From Octopus sinensis (lineage: Eukaryota): DNA of 64,000 nt. The translations under genes were made by a program, and so were the position numbers. Location of the stretch: contig NC_043000.1 of the NCBI RefSeq assembly GCF_006345805.1, forward strand, positions 118,854,001 through 118,918,000. The letters are read 5' to 3'. A model generated the notes under the pieces. That model saw nothing but the letters and a program-made list of their open reading frames with translations. It was not told the DNA's origin and ran no database searches. Positions 10,740 through 24,602 of the stretch are shown piece after piece (the first letter of the stretch is position 1; each line of letters begins with the position of its first letter).

Positions 10740-12371
10740 CGCTTTCAAAGTACTTGTTGAAAATGAGCCTAAATTACTTGACTTCCGGACCAGCTGCAGG
10801 CCTACAGAACTATTCTTAACAGTGTACGCCACGCGAGGGACGAATCTTCTTCCTCGATGCTCCTGGAGGGACAGGAAAAACATTTATTACAACAGCTTCT
10901 CCTTGCCAGAAGTTAGGTAGCATCAGGACATTGCAGTAGCTGTAGCCTCCTCTGGCATTGCTGCTACTTTGTTACCCCGGAGGCAGGACAGCACCTCAAA
11001 CTTTTAAAAACTCCCTCTCGATTAGCAGCAGCATCCGAATGCTTCATGCAACTCAATCAAAAGCTCAGATCAGGGACAAGTACTTAAAATGTGTCATGTA
11101 ATTGTCTTGGGATGAGTGCACTATGGCTCACAAGGGAGCTTTGGAAGCATTAGATAGAGCCCTGAAAGACATCCGAGACTGGTCAGGCTCCAATGGTAGG
11201 TGTAACGCTTCTGTTGTCATTATTTCAGGCAAACTCTTCCTGTCATTCCGAAAGGCACTAGAGCTGATGAAGTTCAAGCATGCCTAAAGTCCTCTACACT
11301 GTGGCATCATGTTACGGTCTTTAGTCTCACCACTAACATGAGAGCTCAGCTACCACGGCGACAAAATTCCACAAAGTTTGCACAGGACATTTTGACACTT
11401 GGTGAAGGCAAGATGCCTCTCGATGCTGCAGGACAATGGAAGTGTGGTCATTTCCTCTGTTGTTAATTCTGTAGATGACTCAAAAACAAAGTCTTTTCCA
11501 CCTCACACAAAACTAACCACAAATTAACCAAAGCACATTGGTTGAAAAGATCGCAATTTTAGCTCCAAAAAAACGTCGCTGTTCAAAAAAAAAAAAAAAT
11601 TAATCAAATCAGCTAATGCATTCTTCTTTCCCGGCACTATACACACTTACAAGTCTGTTGATACAATTCCAGATACAAATGAAGTTGTGAACTATCCTCC
11701 TGAATTTCTCAATTCACTGGAGCCCTCCTCAACTACCTCCACACATATTACCACTTAAAGTTGGAACTCCTGTAATGCTACTCCGCAATCTGGAACCACC
11801 AAGACTTTGCAATGGAACACGACTGGTGACAAAGAAAATGATATTACACGTTATCGAGGCGATCATTCTTTCTGGATGTGGAAAAGGTGATGACATCTTT
11901 ATTCCAATATTTCCTCTTACTCCATCAGGAGCAGAAATTCCATTTACATTCAGAAGACTGCAATTCCCCCTTCGTCTCAGCTTTGCCATGTCCATTAACA
12001 AAACTCAGGGTCAAACCCTCTCTGTAGCTGGTCTTCTCTTGGAGAGCCCTGCTTCTGGCATAGGCAACTGTATGTTGGCTGCTCAAGAGTAGGAACCAAA
12101 AGAAACCTTTTGTTTATATGCTCACAAGGAAAACAAGGAACATTGTTTACAACGAGGTGTTATAATCTCAACAGCAGGAGGTATATACATGATCCCCCTT
12201 TTTTTAACAAACTTCATGTACTTTCATGTATTTATATTAATATACATATATTTGTGCGTGCGTGTGTGTGTGTATGTGGTTGTCTGTGTGTGTGTGTGTA
12301 TCCATATATATATAACAGAAAAGTCTAATTCTTCTAGTGAATGTAACCGGCAACGCGGGTATCTATGCTAG
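10740..12371 (+). mobile_element. Helitron remnant with PIF1-type helicase pseudogene and 3' CTAG end
   Basis: FFLDAPGGTGKTF (about 10848), VAVASSGIAATLLP, WDECTMAHK, LRNLEPPRLCNGTRL, FPLRLSFAMSINKTQGQTL; degenerate hairpin aaccggcaacgcgggt then CTAG|T at 12368-12372. Confidence 0.9.
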
Positions 12372-14465
12372 TTATATATATATCTAATATTATATATATA
12401 TATATATAGTATATATATATAATTGAGAAAACAAATTTCCAAATCAATCAGGTACAACCCTTCAGCGTTTTATGCATCTACATATCGTACTTTGGGGTCT
12501 TATTTATCGCATATTTATATATATATCTATAAATATACAAAGTATCTGATAAAAGTCAATATTAATTCAATTTTGGGGGATTAATCGATATGCGGGTATT
12601 CTATTTAAGATAATACAAAAATAACCCAATGTGTATATCTGACAGTAAACTCATGGTATCAGTTTGCACATCACGAAATAATACTTAAAAGATATAACCA
12701 AAATTACCAGCGGGGTATATAATACGGAACTGGCTTGGTGCCTCTAAGTGCATAATTCAATCGAATCTTAATTATATAAATATATATATATGCATACATA
12801 CATACATACATACATACATACATACATACATACATACATACATACATACATACTCCGAAAGGATGCGTCCTCGAGAAAAACGGATTTGATTTTCTAAATC
12901 TGTGTCTCAAAAACAAAATATTCTGTTACAATTAATTAAAAACTTAAATATCTTTTATGCCTTTTCTCTCTTTCTCTCTCCTCCTCCTCCCTCTCTCTCT
13001 CTCTCTCTCTTATATATATATATATTCCTTTACTTTTACTTTTATTCTTTTACTTGTTTCAGTCATCTGACTGCAACCATGCCGTTATATATATATACAC
13101 GCATATATGGGTACATGACCTCACCAACAGTAAACATGATATACGAAAATAAATGAGTTAAATATGCAAATAACGAAAGGAAAAATTGGACAAGGAATAC
13201 AAAGAATGACCCTTCATCAGTTGTCGGCTATCTATCTACTTCCCATTTCGAGCAATCAACAACAATGTCTTCGAAGACAATTACTCCCATAAATAACAAA
13301 ATAAAATGTTGAATTTGTGGAGAGTCAAAGTTAGAAACGAAAACAGGACAGTAGTGACATGCAGGGAAACCGAACGGAAACAAAGCATGAAGGGTCGTTA
13401 GACCTGAATGAGGGAAAAGATAGTGAACGCTGAGAGAAATATTTTCTTTGAAAAGAGAAATGGTATACACTGAGCATACTTTTGAGAATAAACCTGTAAT
13501 TGTCAATTCTAATTTTGGGAAGATCAATTTATATTTTCCCTCTTGCCTATCTCCAAATACTTGTAACAGATGCATACTAAATTTGCAACTAAGAATCGAA
13601 ACCTCGGTTTTCGTGCTTGTGTTGATTGTTCTTGGAATCCGCACTCAGAATTTATAAGTGTAACTATTCAAATGCGCTAAGACTGAGTTTAGTTTAGATA
13701 ACTCATCAAATTCTATTCTTATTGACCTAAATGAGAATTACCTGTAGAAAATTCGAATTACCTGTAGAATATAGGCAACAAATTCGAATTACCTGTAGAA
13801 AACAGTTATCTTTTCTCAGTAACTTTCAGAGCATTGACTTTCTTTCTATCCCTCTCTTTCTACCTCTGTCCCTGCTTCCTTTTCTCTTTCTCTTGTTTTC
13901 TCCTTCCACAAAACTTAGTAGCAGGTCTCTACGAGTACAAGAGATTCTCTGTCAAGATTGACTAGTATTTATTTCCAACTCGTCGTAGTTTTGAAAAATT
14001 TCATAACAGTTGAATAAAAATCTATAACTATCAACTATCTCTGGCGACAATTTCTTTCAATGCTTCCGGAAATGTTTAACCATGCAACACTTAGCCTTTC
14101 TCAGCTTTTTGTCATGCAGCCTCACCCAAAATTCTTACCATTTATATACAACCGTTGCACATCTATTTAGCTTCCCCGCAGCCACCACACAACTGAAAGC
14201 CATTCGTCGATTAACAGTCTTTTCGCTATTTTTCAAATCTTTTATGGCGTCATTATACCTTTTCCGTTGTTTACTTCTTAGCAGCTGTTAAAAGGTCATA
14301 TATGTGCGCGTGTGTCTGTGTATGTGTGCGCGTGCATATAAGTGTGTGTATTTATATATGCACCTATTCATGTATGTATAAAAATAATTGTGTATACATA
14401 CATATATACTTATATATACATTTATTAGCAAAGTTGAAAGGACATTAAATAAATTATTGGGAATG

Positions 14466-14845
14466 GATGGAAACACTCCGTCGGTTACGACGACGAGGGT
14501 TCCGGTTGATCCGAATCAACGGAACAGCCTGCTCGTGAAATTAACGTGTAAGTGGCTGAGCACTCCACAGACACGTGTACCCTTAACGTAGTTCTCGGGG
14601 ATATTCAGCGTGACACAGAGAGTGACAAAGCCGGCCCTTTGAAATACAGGTACAACAGAAACAGGAAGTAAGAGAAAGTTGTAGTGAAAGAGTACAGCAG
14701 GGATCACCACCATCCCCTGCCGCAGCTTCGAGGAGCTTTAGGTGTTTTCGCTCAATAAACACTCACAACGCCCGGTCTGGGAATCGAAACCGCGATCCTA
14801 TGACCGCGAGTCCGCTGCCCTAACCACTGGGCCATTGTGCCTCCT
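14466..14845 (-). mobile_element. SINE family C1 (tRNA-Arg-like head)
   Basis: Minus head ggaggcacaatggcccagtggttagggcagcggacTCGcggtc...ggtttcgattcc with A/B-box-like motifs; also at 28905-29300 (-) and 37588-37862 (+). Confidence 0.85.
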
Positions 14846-15442
14846 ATTGGGAATATACTCTCTCGATATCATTATCCAGTATTAACAATCATTACCAGTC
14901 AAATATGTTCCGTAAAGCAGAAGGAAAGATCTTGATCTTTCCTTGAAATAATTCCTTAAGAATTACATTTCAATTGTTTCTATTCTTTGCTCCCCCATTT
15001 CGTAAAACACATTTATCGTGACTGTTGCCTTACTGAATGACACTTTGGTGCAGACGATCAGCCTCATTGTGAATCTGGTTAATTTCATGATACTTCATCT
15101 TTGTTATTAGGCTTACAAGGTGTAGAATTATGTTCTCATACGGTTATCTGTGCACTGAGCATACTTTTTGCGAATAAACCTGTAATCGTCAAGTCTCGGC
15201 TTGTCCAGCAAACGTTATTATTGGGGCGTAAATGCTTTGCCGTGAAACAATTTAGCTCACGGTCAAGTTCGTCCCAGTTTATTTTCATTGTATTCAACAC
15301 AGGGATTATCTTCTATTTTATTGAAATTAAAGATGATAATAATAACAATAATAATAATTTAGTCATTATAGATTATATTTAATACTGATAAATATATTTT
15401 ATAGTAATTAAATACACATACATATATGCGACCGTGCGGGCG

Positions 15443-15518
<76 letters not shown>

Positions 15519-15531
15519 TATATATATATAT

Positions 15532-15578
<47 letters not shown>

Positions 15579-15874
15579 CATAATAATAATAATAATGATA
15601 ATAATAATAATATGGAGTATGGCTCCAAACTTACAGAGAAAAATTAGATTTAGGATTAAATCAAATTTCACAGTATAAATATAAATTAAATTAGAGATAA
15701 AACCACTATTAGGCAACTCAAACAGTGATAGACATAACCAATACATGAATAACAAAAAATATAAATATAATTAATATAATATATAATATATATAAAACAT
15801 AAAATTTAAAATTTAAACTGTTTGAGTTGCCTAATAGCGGTTTTATCTCTAATTTAATTTATTTATATATATAG

Positions 15875-15929
<55 letters not shown>

Positions 15930-15932
<3 letters not shown>

Positions 15933-16140
15933 TAATCCAAACAAGAAAACACAAAGAGAAAACACAACAACGCGAGGACGTAGAACAAATATAGTATTAT
16001 TGGACGCTCAGGAAAGAAGGGAAGAAGGAGGGTTTAACGTTTCGAGCGGAGCTCTTCGTCTGAAACATAGGAAAAGGAAAGATCCAGAGAAGGGAAGACG
16101 GAGGAAAAAAAATCGCCAACGGTACACACACGAGGTCATC
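15930..16140 (-). mobile_element. Short hammerhead-bearing pLTR-type module in (TA)n/(CA)n
   Basis: Near-identical to 27000-27185 (+) and 54365-54560 (-). Confidence 0.8.
16032..16066 (-). ncRNA. Minimal hammerhead, U4A-mutated copy
   Basis: GUUU CAGACGA A GAGC UCC GCUC GAAA C GUU AAAC. Confidence 0.65.
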
Positions 16141-16877
16141 GGCTTGAAAAATTGTCAAGATATTAAGATATTTTCCCATTTTTCTTAACATGAAGCCAAT
16201 GGCAGCCTTAATCCATACACACACACACACACACACACACAACACACACACACACAACACACACAACACAACACACACACACACACACTCATACACATAC
16301 ATATCAGTTACATGCTGGATTCGTAGCCAAGAATCGAAACCTCGATCTTCACCTTTGTTTTCATTGTTCTTGGAATTTGCGTTTAGAAATTTGTAACTCA
16401 GCCTGTCAGATTTGCGATTGTTTTAGGTCAGCCAGAGTTGAGTCTTGATAAACCCATTCACTTCCATTGTGATTTACTTCAGCTATATGGCAGCTATAAA
16501 TTCGAGTTAAAAGTTTTAAAAAAGGGCTCAGATTTAGACAGTCTTACTTCTGTTGCCTTTAAGCAATTTCACCGTAATCTATTTTTCACCATCCTCAGAC
16601 GAACAGTTTTCTTGCACACGAACCCTGCGTCAATACCTTCATCCTTTCACGCAAAAAGATAGCAAACTATAATCTCCATGGCCAGTGATAGTCAATCAAA
16701 ATGACTGACATTTGTATTTCCTTCCGACTTATCGTAGTTGTGGTAAACAGCATAACGAGTCAGTAAAAGTCAATTCTGAACTTGTAATTTTTTTCCTATG
16801 CAACACGCAGCTTCTTCTTTTAACATGCTACATCTCCACTATGCCACATCTCAAACTGCCTTATTTCACCAGTTACA

Positions 16878-17115
16878 TTATACCGTTACATTTGAAGGCG
16901 GCGAGCTGGTAGAAACGTTAGCACGCCGGGCGAAATTCGTCTGTCGTTATGTTCCGAGTTCAAATTCCGCCGAGGTCGACTTTGCCTTTCATCCTTTCGG
17001 GGTCGATAAATTAAGTACCAGTTACGCACTGGGGTCGATGTAGTCGACTTAATCCCTTTGTCTGTCCTTGTTTTTCCCCTCTGTGTTTAGCCCCTTGTGG
17101 GTAGTAAAGAAATAT
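16878..17115 (+). mobile_element. SINE family B monomer
   Basis: ggcggcgagctggtagaaacgttagcacg head through gtgggtagtaaagaaata tail. Confidence 0.9.
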
Positions 17116-17216
17116 ATACCGTTACATTTGGCGAGCAACACACACACACACACACACGCACGCACGCACGCACGCACTCATGCACACACACACACACACA
17201 CACTCACGCACACGCA

Positions 17217-17818
17217 AGGGGATGCTGAAAATTCCTGGCTTTGGGTAAAAGATAAAGGAGGATCAGCGTAGGAATGACTGTGTGGTAAAGTAACTTGCTT
17301 ACGAACCACATGGTTCCGGGTTCAGTCCCGCTGCGTGACACCTTGGGCAAGTGTCTTCTACTATAGCCTCGGGCCGATCAAAGCCTTGTGAGTGGATTTG
17401 GTAGACGGAAACTGAACGAAGCCCGTCGTATATATGTATATATGTGTGTGTGTATGTGTGTGTATATGTTTGTGTGTGTGTTTGTCCCCCCAACATCGCT
17501 TGACAACCGATGCTGGTGTGTTTACGTCCCAGTAACTTAGCGTTTCGGCAAAAGAATCGATAGAATAAGTACTAGGCTTGCAAAGAATAAGTCCTGTGGT
17601 CGATTTGCTCGACTAAAGGCGGTGCTCCACCATGGCCACAGTCAAAATGACTGAAACAAGTAAAAGAGTAAAAGAATATTCCACTCTCAGATTCACACAT
17701 TATTTCAGCAATCCTTCAGTTTTTCTAAACCCTGCAAAAGAACTCGAAAAGTTGGGCTTCCAGCCAGGCCTATCGTGATACCTTTAAAGCAAGGAACTTT
17801 TCAACATCCCCTCGTATA
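17217..17818. mobile_element. Mariner-derived MITE interrupted by SINE A (17270-17676)
   Basis: TIR halves ggggatgctgaaaattcctggcttt and aaagcaaggaacttttcaacatcccctcg; same family as 18868-19072 in reverse orientation. Confidence 0.75.
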
Positions 17819-18867
17819 TCTTTTCATCTACCAAATCCATTCAGAAGACTTTGATCAGCCCGAGGCTAGAGTAAAAAGGCATTTTCTGAAGGTGCCAATA
17901 CAGTGGGACCGAACCCAGAACCATGTAGACGGTTTTCCACAATTTCTGTCTACCAAATTCATTCACAAGTCATTGATCGACCCGAGGCTATAGAAGACAC
18001 TTGCCTAAGGTGCCATGCCGTGGGACCGAACCTAAAACCACATACTTTTATAAAACCTAAAACCAAATATTTTTATAAAAATAAAATCTTGAGAAATTTC
18101 CTGCGATGAACTTATGAAAGCATAATGCATAAAAGCATGCGATTAGTAAATAGAAAAATACGCCTAAAAAGACAAATAGGGCTGGAGAGGAGATGCCTGA
18201 GTAAGAAAGTGTTTGATGAAAGATGGAAGAATGTTGCGTATAAAAGATCCCTCGTGGATGCGAGATAAGCCAAAAAACTAAGGTCAGTGGTGAGGCGGGG
18301 TTCGTGGGATCCGTATAAAACCCGCCCCCACTCCATTTGTAAAAACGTCACTTGTGCATATCTAGTCATACGATAATTTATATAATCATGTAAAATTTTT
18401 AATTGACCCCAATTGCTCTGTATCGTCAAATCATTCGTGATTGTGTTGTCATTTTCTATGTATCGCCTTTATAGGTAATAAAAAAATTATAGTAAATAGA
18501 AAAATACATATCTACCTAGCTGCCTATCTAGCTATGTAAGGTTGACGACTGAGATATATATAGATTTTACTCTTTCTAAGCGTACTTTGTTTATTTAAGT
18601 TTAGGGCACACGCATCATGCCAAATATAGGCTAAAATTGAGCCACCTTTGTGCTTATACTGTGACAGTATGTAAAGGGTGTAACACATATAAGCTCGCAC
18701 AAAAGAATGCATATGTGCTCAAGTATGCAACTAAATACAATGATACACGAAAACATGTAGAAGTACACTTGCACACATGTATACATATATCCATGTGCCT
18801 TTATACTTGTACACACTCACATACGCACACAAGTACTTATATAAATATAAATACATACATACATATA

Positions 18868-19072
18868 CGAGGGATGCTAAAAGGTTCCTGGCTTTAAGGG
18901 TGTCACGAAAGGCCTGGTTGGAAGACCAGCCTTCCGAGTACTTTTAGAGGTCTTAGAAAAACTGAAGGACCGCTGCAATAAGTGGGTGAATCTGAGAGAG
19001 GAATATGTTGGATAATTAATTGATCTTGTATTTTCTTTTACCCAAAGCCAGGAACTTTTCAGCACCCCCTCG
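18868..19072 (+). mobile_element. Mariner-derived MITE
   Basis: TIRs cgagggatgctaaaaggttcctggcttt / aaagccaggaacttttcagcaccccctcg; internal LEKLKDRCNKWVNLREEYVG resembles a mariner C-terminus. Confidence 0.8.
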
Positions 19073-19558
19073 AATGTATGTATGTATGTATGTATGTATG
19101 TATGTATGTATGTATGTATGTATGTATTATGCATGTATGTATGTATGTATGTGTGTGTGTATGTAGTGTCTAACAGTGTCTTTGGTAGGCTTAACAAATG
19201 TCTCGGGTCACGCCATAGTATATCCATGTGGAAGCACATGGCCTAGTGGTTAGAGTAGCGGACTCGCGGTCGAGGAATCGCGGGTTCGAATCTCAGACCG
19301 GGCGATGTGTGTGTTTATGAGCGAAACACCAAAGCAAAGTGTTGATTACTTCAAAGAGGTGGAAGTGTAGTCTTCAGCCTATAATTATCAAAGTGGTTAC
19401 ATTTAATGAAGAACTTAGATCACATATTTAGATAGTATGAGGATTTGTTAAGGTTATTGAGTGTGACGCTCTTTTCAGTTGTGCATAACCTACTAGTTTT
19501 TGTACCATTTCTATGTAATCTGTACATATCGAAGGTCTCCCATTTTATATTAAATGTA

Positions 19559-20054
19559 TTGGCTTGTCTGGAAAGTTCGTGCCGATTTATAGTAGCTTAC
19601 CTTTCGACTTATTTTAGAACATGTTTGAGCCCATAAAATAGGATTTGACTGCACCTCCATTTAGAACACAGTTTAAGCTATCTTTTCATGGAAGAAGGTT
19701 TATGTTCCTATAACCTGTGTTAATTCTGTAACACTTTAAAATGGAAGAGAAGAAAGTTCATTTTCGGCACTAGATGCTTGAAAGAACTGTACGAAAGTGG
19801 TTCGCAAGGTTCCGAGCTAGAGATTGTAACCTTATTGATAAAGAGCGATCGGGCAGACCATCCGCTACAGATGATGACCAAATCAAGTCATTAATTGAGA
19901 ATAACCCACATTGCACAACCCGAGAATTGGCAGAAAGCCTCAACCTATCAAAATCCGTCGTTCATGAGCACCTGGTAAAGCTTGGGTAACGGCAAGTATT
20001 TATTGACCTTTTTCTTTCCTTTAAAAATCGGCACGAACTTTCCGGACAACCCAA
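19559..20054 (+). mobile_element. Internally deleted mariner retaining the N-terminal HTH region
   Basis: TIRs ttgg.ttgtc.ggaaagttcgtgccgattt, TA flanks; ERTVRKWFARFRARDCNLIDKERSGRP...TTRELAESLNLSKSVVHEHL. Confidence 0.9.
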
Positions 20055-21044
20055 TATTAACATGTTTTTTTTTAAATTCTAGATGTAATTTAATATTTTT
20101 CAGCATTCTTATATTTCCTGGGAAATGAGGTTGAAGTATCAATTCGTGAATCTACCTTCACTATGCTACATGATATTTACGTATTATGTTTATGTCTGGT
20201 TTGGTGACGATGTCTTCAACCTCGTAAACTGTGTTAAATGATTGGTCAAGGTGGGGGCATGAATTGTGTATATTTGCATATGCAGTTAGACAGATCTTAT
20301 TTAGTTCTTTGGTTATTAACCCTTCATATTAGTGGTACGGCTATAACTTATTTTGAAGTTGTTATTATTCAATATTTTTTTATCAGATATTAATGGGAGA
20401 ACGATAATTTGCTAGAGCTAAGAATCTTTTATCAATTTTTAGACTTAACATTTAAGAAGAAGGGATGTGTGAACAAGATAACATAATAGCGTCTTTTGGT
20501 ACCATTTATTACGGTGAATACAAGTATATATGTTTCTAGTTTTTATGCACCGTGCTTTCACAAGTTCATTGCAAGAACTTCCACAAGATTTTATTTTCAT
20601 AAACATTTTTCATAGGCGAATGCATGGATTCCTTAAGTTTTAGTACCTTATTGTATGGGAGATTGCATAGATTCGAAGATTTTTTAATTCAACGACAGGT
20701 TAGAAATTATTGAACTGCTATTATTGATCGCTTGATGAAACCTATGAGGTTTCTGTAGGGAGTCCCGTTTCTATATAAGTACTCCGAGAATTTAATTTTC
20801 AGGAAACTGAAGAGATCTCATATCTTATAAGGTTACCTAATCAACTATGTTGGTTTGTTAGTGGGAATAATACGCAAAACATCTCTTTTTTTATATATGC
20901 AAAAATTTAATTGGTTTTAATGAATCTCAGCATAACACCTAATACAAATGACATAACAGTACCTACCTATGTTTGTTGCACTTTCAGTTATTTTGCCTTG
21001 GTTTAATTCGCGAATAATTTCTTTTTGAAATGTTACAATTTGAT

Positions 21045-21335
21045 ATAGTGGTGGCACATGGCATAGTGGTTAGAGCAGCGGGCTCGAATCTCAGACCGGG
21101 CGATGTGTGTGTTTATGAGCGAAACACCTAAGCTCCACGCGGCTCCGGCAGAAGGTAATGGCGAACTTCTGCTGACTCTTTCGCCACAACTTTCTCTCAA
21201 TTTTTCCTCCTGCATCTTGCAGCTCACCTGCGACGGACCGGCGTCCCGTCAAGGTGGGGAACCTATACGCCAAGGAAACCGGGAAACCGGCCCTTATGAG
21301 TCAGGTATGGCTCGAGAAGGAACAAACAATTTGAT
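21045..21335 (+). mobile_element. SINE family C2 (Arg-like head plus V-domain-like body)
   Basis: ggcatagtggttagagcagcgg head; cctgcgacggaccggcgtcccgtc; other copies at 37097-37400 (+), 63410-63682 (-) and a head at 19225-19330. Confidence 0.75.
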
Positions 21336-21339
21336 ATAA

Positions 21340-21572
21340 GGCGGCGACCTGGCAGAAACGTTAGCATGCCGGGCGAAATGCTTAGCAGTATTTCGTCTGC
21401 CGCTACGTTCTGAGTTCAAATTCCGCCGTGATCGACTTTGCCTTTCATCCTTTCGGGATCGATACATTAAGTACCAGTTACGCACTGGGGGGTCGATGTA
21501 ATCGACTTAATCCGTTTGTCTGTCCTTGTTTGTCCCCTCTGTGTTTAGCCCCTTGTGGGCAATAAAGAAATA
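21340..21572 (+). mobile_element. SINE family B monomer
   Basis: Same head, core and tail as 16878-17115. Confidence 0.85.
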
Positions 21573-22339
21573 AGAATATGTACTTCAGTGGTGCGGTTAG
21601 GTTACTAAACGGTGTAAGTTCCCAAAATTGATCAAGCAAAATAACATCCCTAATGAAAAAAAAAAAAAAATTTGTTAATGTCAAAAGCAAGGGCCATAAT
21701 TCGGATATGCAAACTGATTAAAAATTTAAATGGGTATACAGTGTGGTGTAAATCTATTTTCTAGAAAGTACACTGACCAGCCTGGATATGTTTCGGTCTT
21801 ATAAGGCCTTATCAGTGAAGCTTCGTCTCATTCCTATTTCATGCAGATCGCATCCCTGAGAAAATTTTATGTCATTTTAAAATTAATTAATAAATTTTTC
21901 TGCCATTTAAACCTATATATTCTTATCATGTGATCGCGCGATCGACCACACTATCGGATGTTGCTGTACATCGCTGGTCACAATGCGTTTTCCATCGTTT
22001 TAACTTCCGAACGATGCCACCCCACTAGCTAGGCGAACAGGTCAACATTATCCCGGATCGGATAGCTAGTCCGTCGCAGGGTTACACATTTACAGTCGAG
22101 TGGACTGGAGCAATTGAAATAAATTGTTTCGCTCAAGAACGCAACACACCGCCCGATCTTGGAATCGAACCCATAATCTGACAATCGTGAATATTGATTA
22201 TAACAGTAGGAGTAATAGTAATACTAATACTAACCCCAGTAGCAGAAAATACAACAATAACCCTAATACTACCATTAACGAGAACTATATTGAGGATAGT
22301 CCAACTTCTTTGGCTAACAGCCGCCCTAGTGATTGTAAT

Positions 22340-23231
22340 ATCTTACGTTGGTTTGTCTTGGTATAAAAGATGGGCTACAGTAAATATGCTGTTGAATATC
22401 ACAGATTTGCTTGTCAATTGTTTGACCTTAACCAGTTGAGCATGTCCCTTAGTGGCTGACGATATGTGCATCTTTGATCATGAGCAGAAGTAGTTGGGGG
22501 AGCATCATAGCCGTGTGTTGAGAGGGATTCTTTGGGGTTTGAATAATTCACCTCTGGAAACATGGATGTTTCGTTCAACATCCTTAAACAACCCTTATTC
22601 AGGGACCTTTTGAGCGGAATGGGCTACTCGACCTGAAGAGAATTCTAACTGAGCCTCACCTGCAAGGTCACGCATGCCCTGATGCAGTACCAGCCAGTGG
22701 ATCTCATGGCTTCTGATCTTAACTGATTGGAAGTGTCATCATATACATTGTTTTGTCTCTGTATAAAATATGGCCAACAGTAAATATTCTGCTCAATACC
22801 ACAGACTTGCTTGTCAGTTGTTTGACCTTAACCAGTTGAGCATGTCCCTTAGTGGCTGACGATATGTGCATCTTTGATCATGAGCAGTAGTTGTTGGGGG
22901 AGCATCATAGCCGTGTGTTGAGAGGGATTCTTTGGGGTTTGAATAATTCACCTCTGGAAACATGTGTGCTTCGTTCAACATCCTTAAACAACCCTTATTC
23001 AGGGACCTTTTGAGCGGGATGGGCTACTCGACCAGAAGAAAGTTCTAACTGGGCCCCACCTGCAAGGTCATGTGCTGTTTATCTTGATATGAGATCACCA
23101 TGTAGCGCACATATGGTTATGATGCATGTGCCTGGTGTACCCTTATCAGGCGGGTAGTCATGGTGGGTTTATTGGGCTTTCTATATTTGTACCCCAGTGT
23201 CACTTTGATAGCATGCGCTGCTCTCTCACTC
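22340..23231. mobile_element. About 560-bp unclassified repeat associated with (TAA)n, partial plus full unit
   Basis: Reverse complement of the two copies at 40535-41510; one end abuts (AAT)n. Confidence 0.8.
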
Positions 23232-23286
<55 letters not shown>

Positions 23287-23439
23287 TATTCTGTGTATAG
23301 CCCTTTGTGGGTAATAAAAAATCAAATAATGATAACAATAATAATAATATTCTGTGTATAGCCCTTTGTGGGTAATAAAAAACCAAATAATAATAATAAT
23401 AATAATAATAATTAATTCTGGTTTATTAGCCACAAGAGG

Positions 23440-23950
23440 TAACGTAAATCAAAAAACATGTAAGGACAAAAACACTGGACGAAAATTACAAAGGATTTTG
23501 TCCGAAAGAAAGGTCCGTGTAAACATTCAAAATAATAACGAAAAATATAACAAATAAAACTTCCAATAGTGGGAGGCGCTTCGGAAGGTTAGCAACAATG
23601 TCTTGAGCACCAGCTACTGTAATGGACCTTCAGAGACAAACCATCGGAATACTACTACCTTTAATATTTCTCAGGAATCTAAAATATCCATGATCTCATT
23701 TATTAATCAACACATTATAGGTACCAATGTTATACCTAGTAGTGATAACTCTGGGAGCGGACCGGAGAACACAACCCTAAACATTAGCATGCCCTCTAAT
23801 AGCACGGTATACAATCCACCTACAGCAAACTCCTATGGACCAGATAGACTTAGTTGCAAATTCAAATCTAGGAATGAATGCTCTCTGCAAACCCATTGCA
23901 GAAGGTTTAATGTTGTTTACAAATGCATGGTTCTTAACACTCTTCATAAT
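23440..23950 (+). pseudogene. Possible decayed PLE linker/GIY-YIG start
   Basis: SCKFKSRNECSLQTHCRRFNVVYKCMV resembles the CNCR..CPL..C...VVY pattern before PLE GIY-YIG domains; weak similarity only. Confidence 0.35.
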
Positions 23951-23967
23951 TCTTCTAGGTACTATAT

Positions 23968-24510
23968 ATTTCTTTACTACCCACAAGGGGCTAAACATAG
24001 AGACGACAAACAAGGACAGACAAACGGATTAAGTCGATTACATCGACACCAGTGCGTAACTGGTACTTAATTTATCGACCCCGAAAGGACGAAAGGCAAA
24101 GTCGACCTCGGCGGAATTTGAACTCAGAACGTAACGGAAGACGAAATACCTATTTCTTTACTACCCACAAGGGGCTACACACAGAGGGGACAAACAAGGA
24201 CAGACAAACGGTATCTTCTACTATAGCCTCGGGCCGACCAAAGCCTTGTGAATGGATTTGGTAGACGGAAACTGAAAGAAGCCTGTCGTATATATATAAA
24301 TATGTATGTGGGTGTGTGTCTGTATTTGTCACCCCAATATGGCGATGCTGGTGCGTTTACGTCCTCGTAACTTAGAGGTTCGGCCTAAGTCACCGATAGA
24401 ATAAGTACTAGGCTTACAAAGAATAAGTCCTGAGATCGCTTTGCTCGACTAAAAGGCGGTGCTCCAGCATGGCCGCAGTCAAACGAGTGAAACAAGTAAA
24501 AGAGTAAAAG
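23968..24510. mobile_element. SINE B tandem (minus) fused to a 5'-truncated SINE A (plus)
   Basis: B unit repeats from 24152, then switches at ggacagacaaacgg|tatcttctactatagcc into family A. Confidence 0.8.
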
Positions 24511-24571
24511 AGCAAAAGAGTATGTATGTATGTATATTTGTGTATATATGCATGTATGTATGAATGTATAC

Positions 24572-24602
<31 letters not shown>

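Noticed and set aside
13195-13260. CUGAUGAAGGG on the minus strand
   Set aside because: No downstream GAAA for type I, and a type II arrangement lacks stems I and III.
14780-14845. tRNA-Arg(TCG) gene (also at 29240-29300, 37590-37670 and 63600-63680)
   Set aside because: These are SINE heads continuing into SINE bodies, with no proper acceptor stem.
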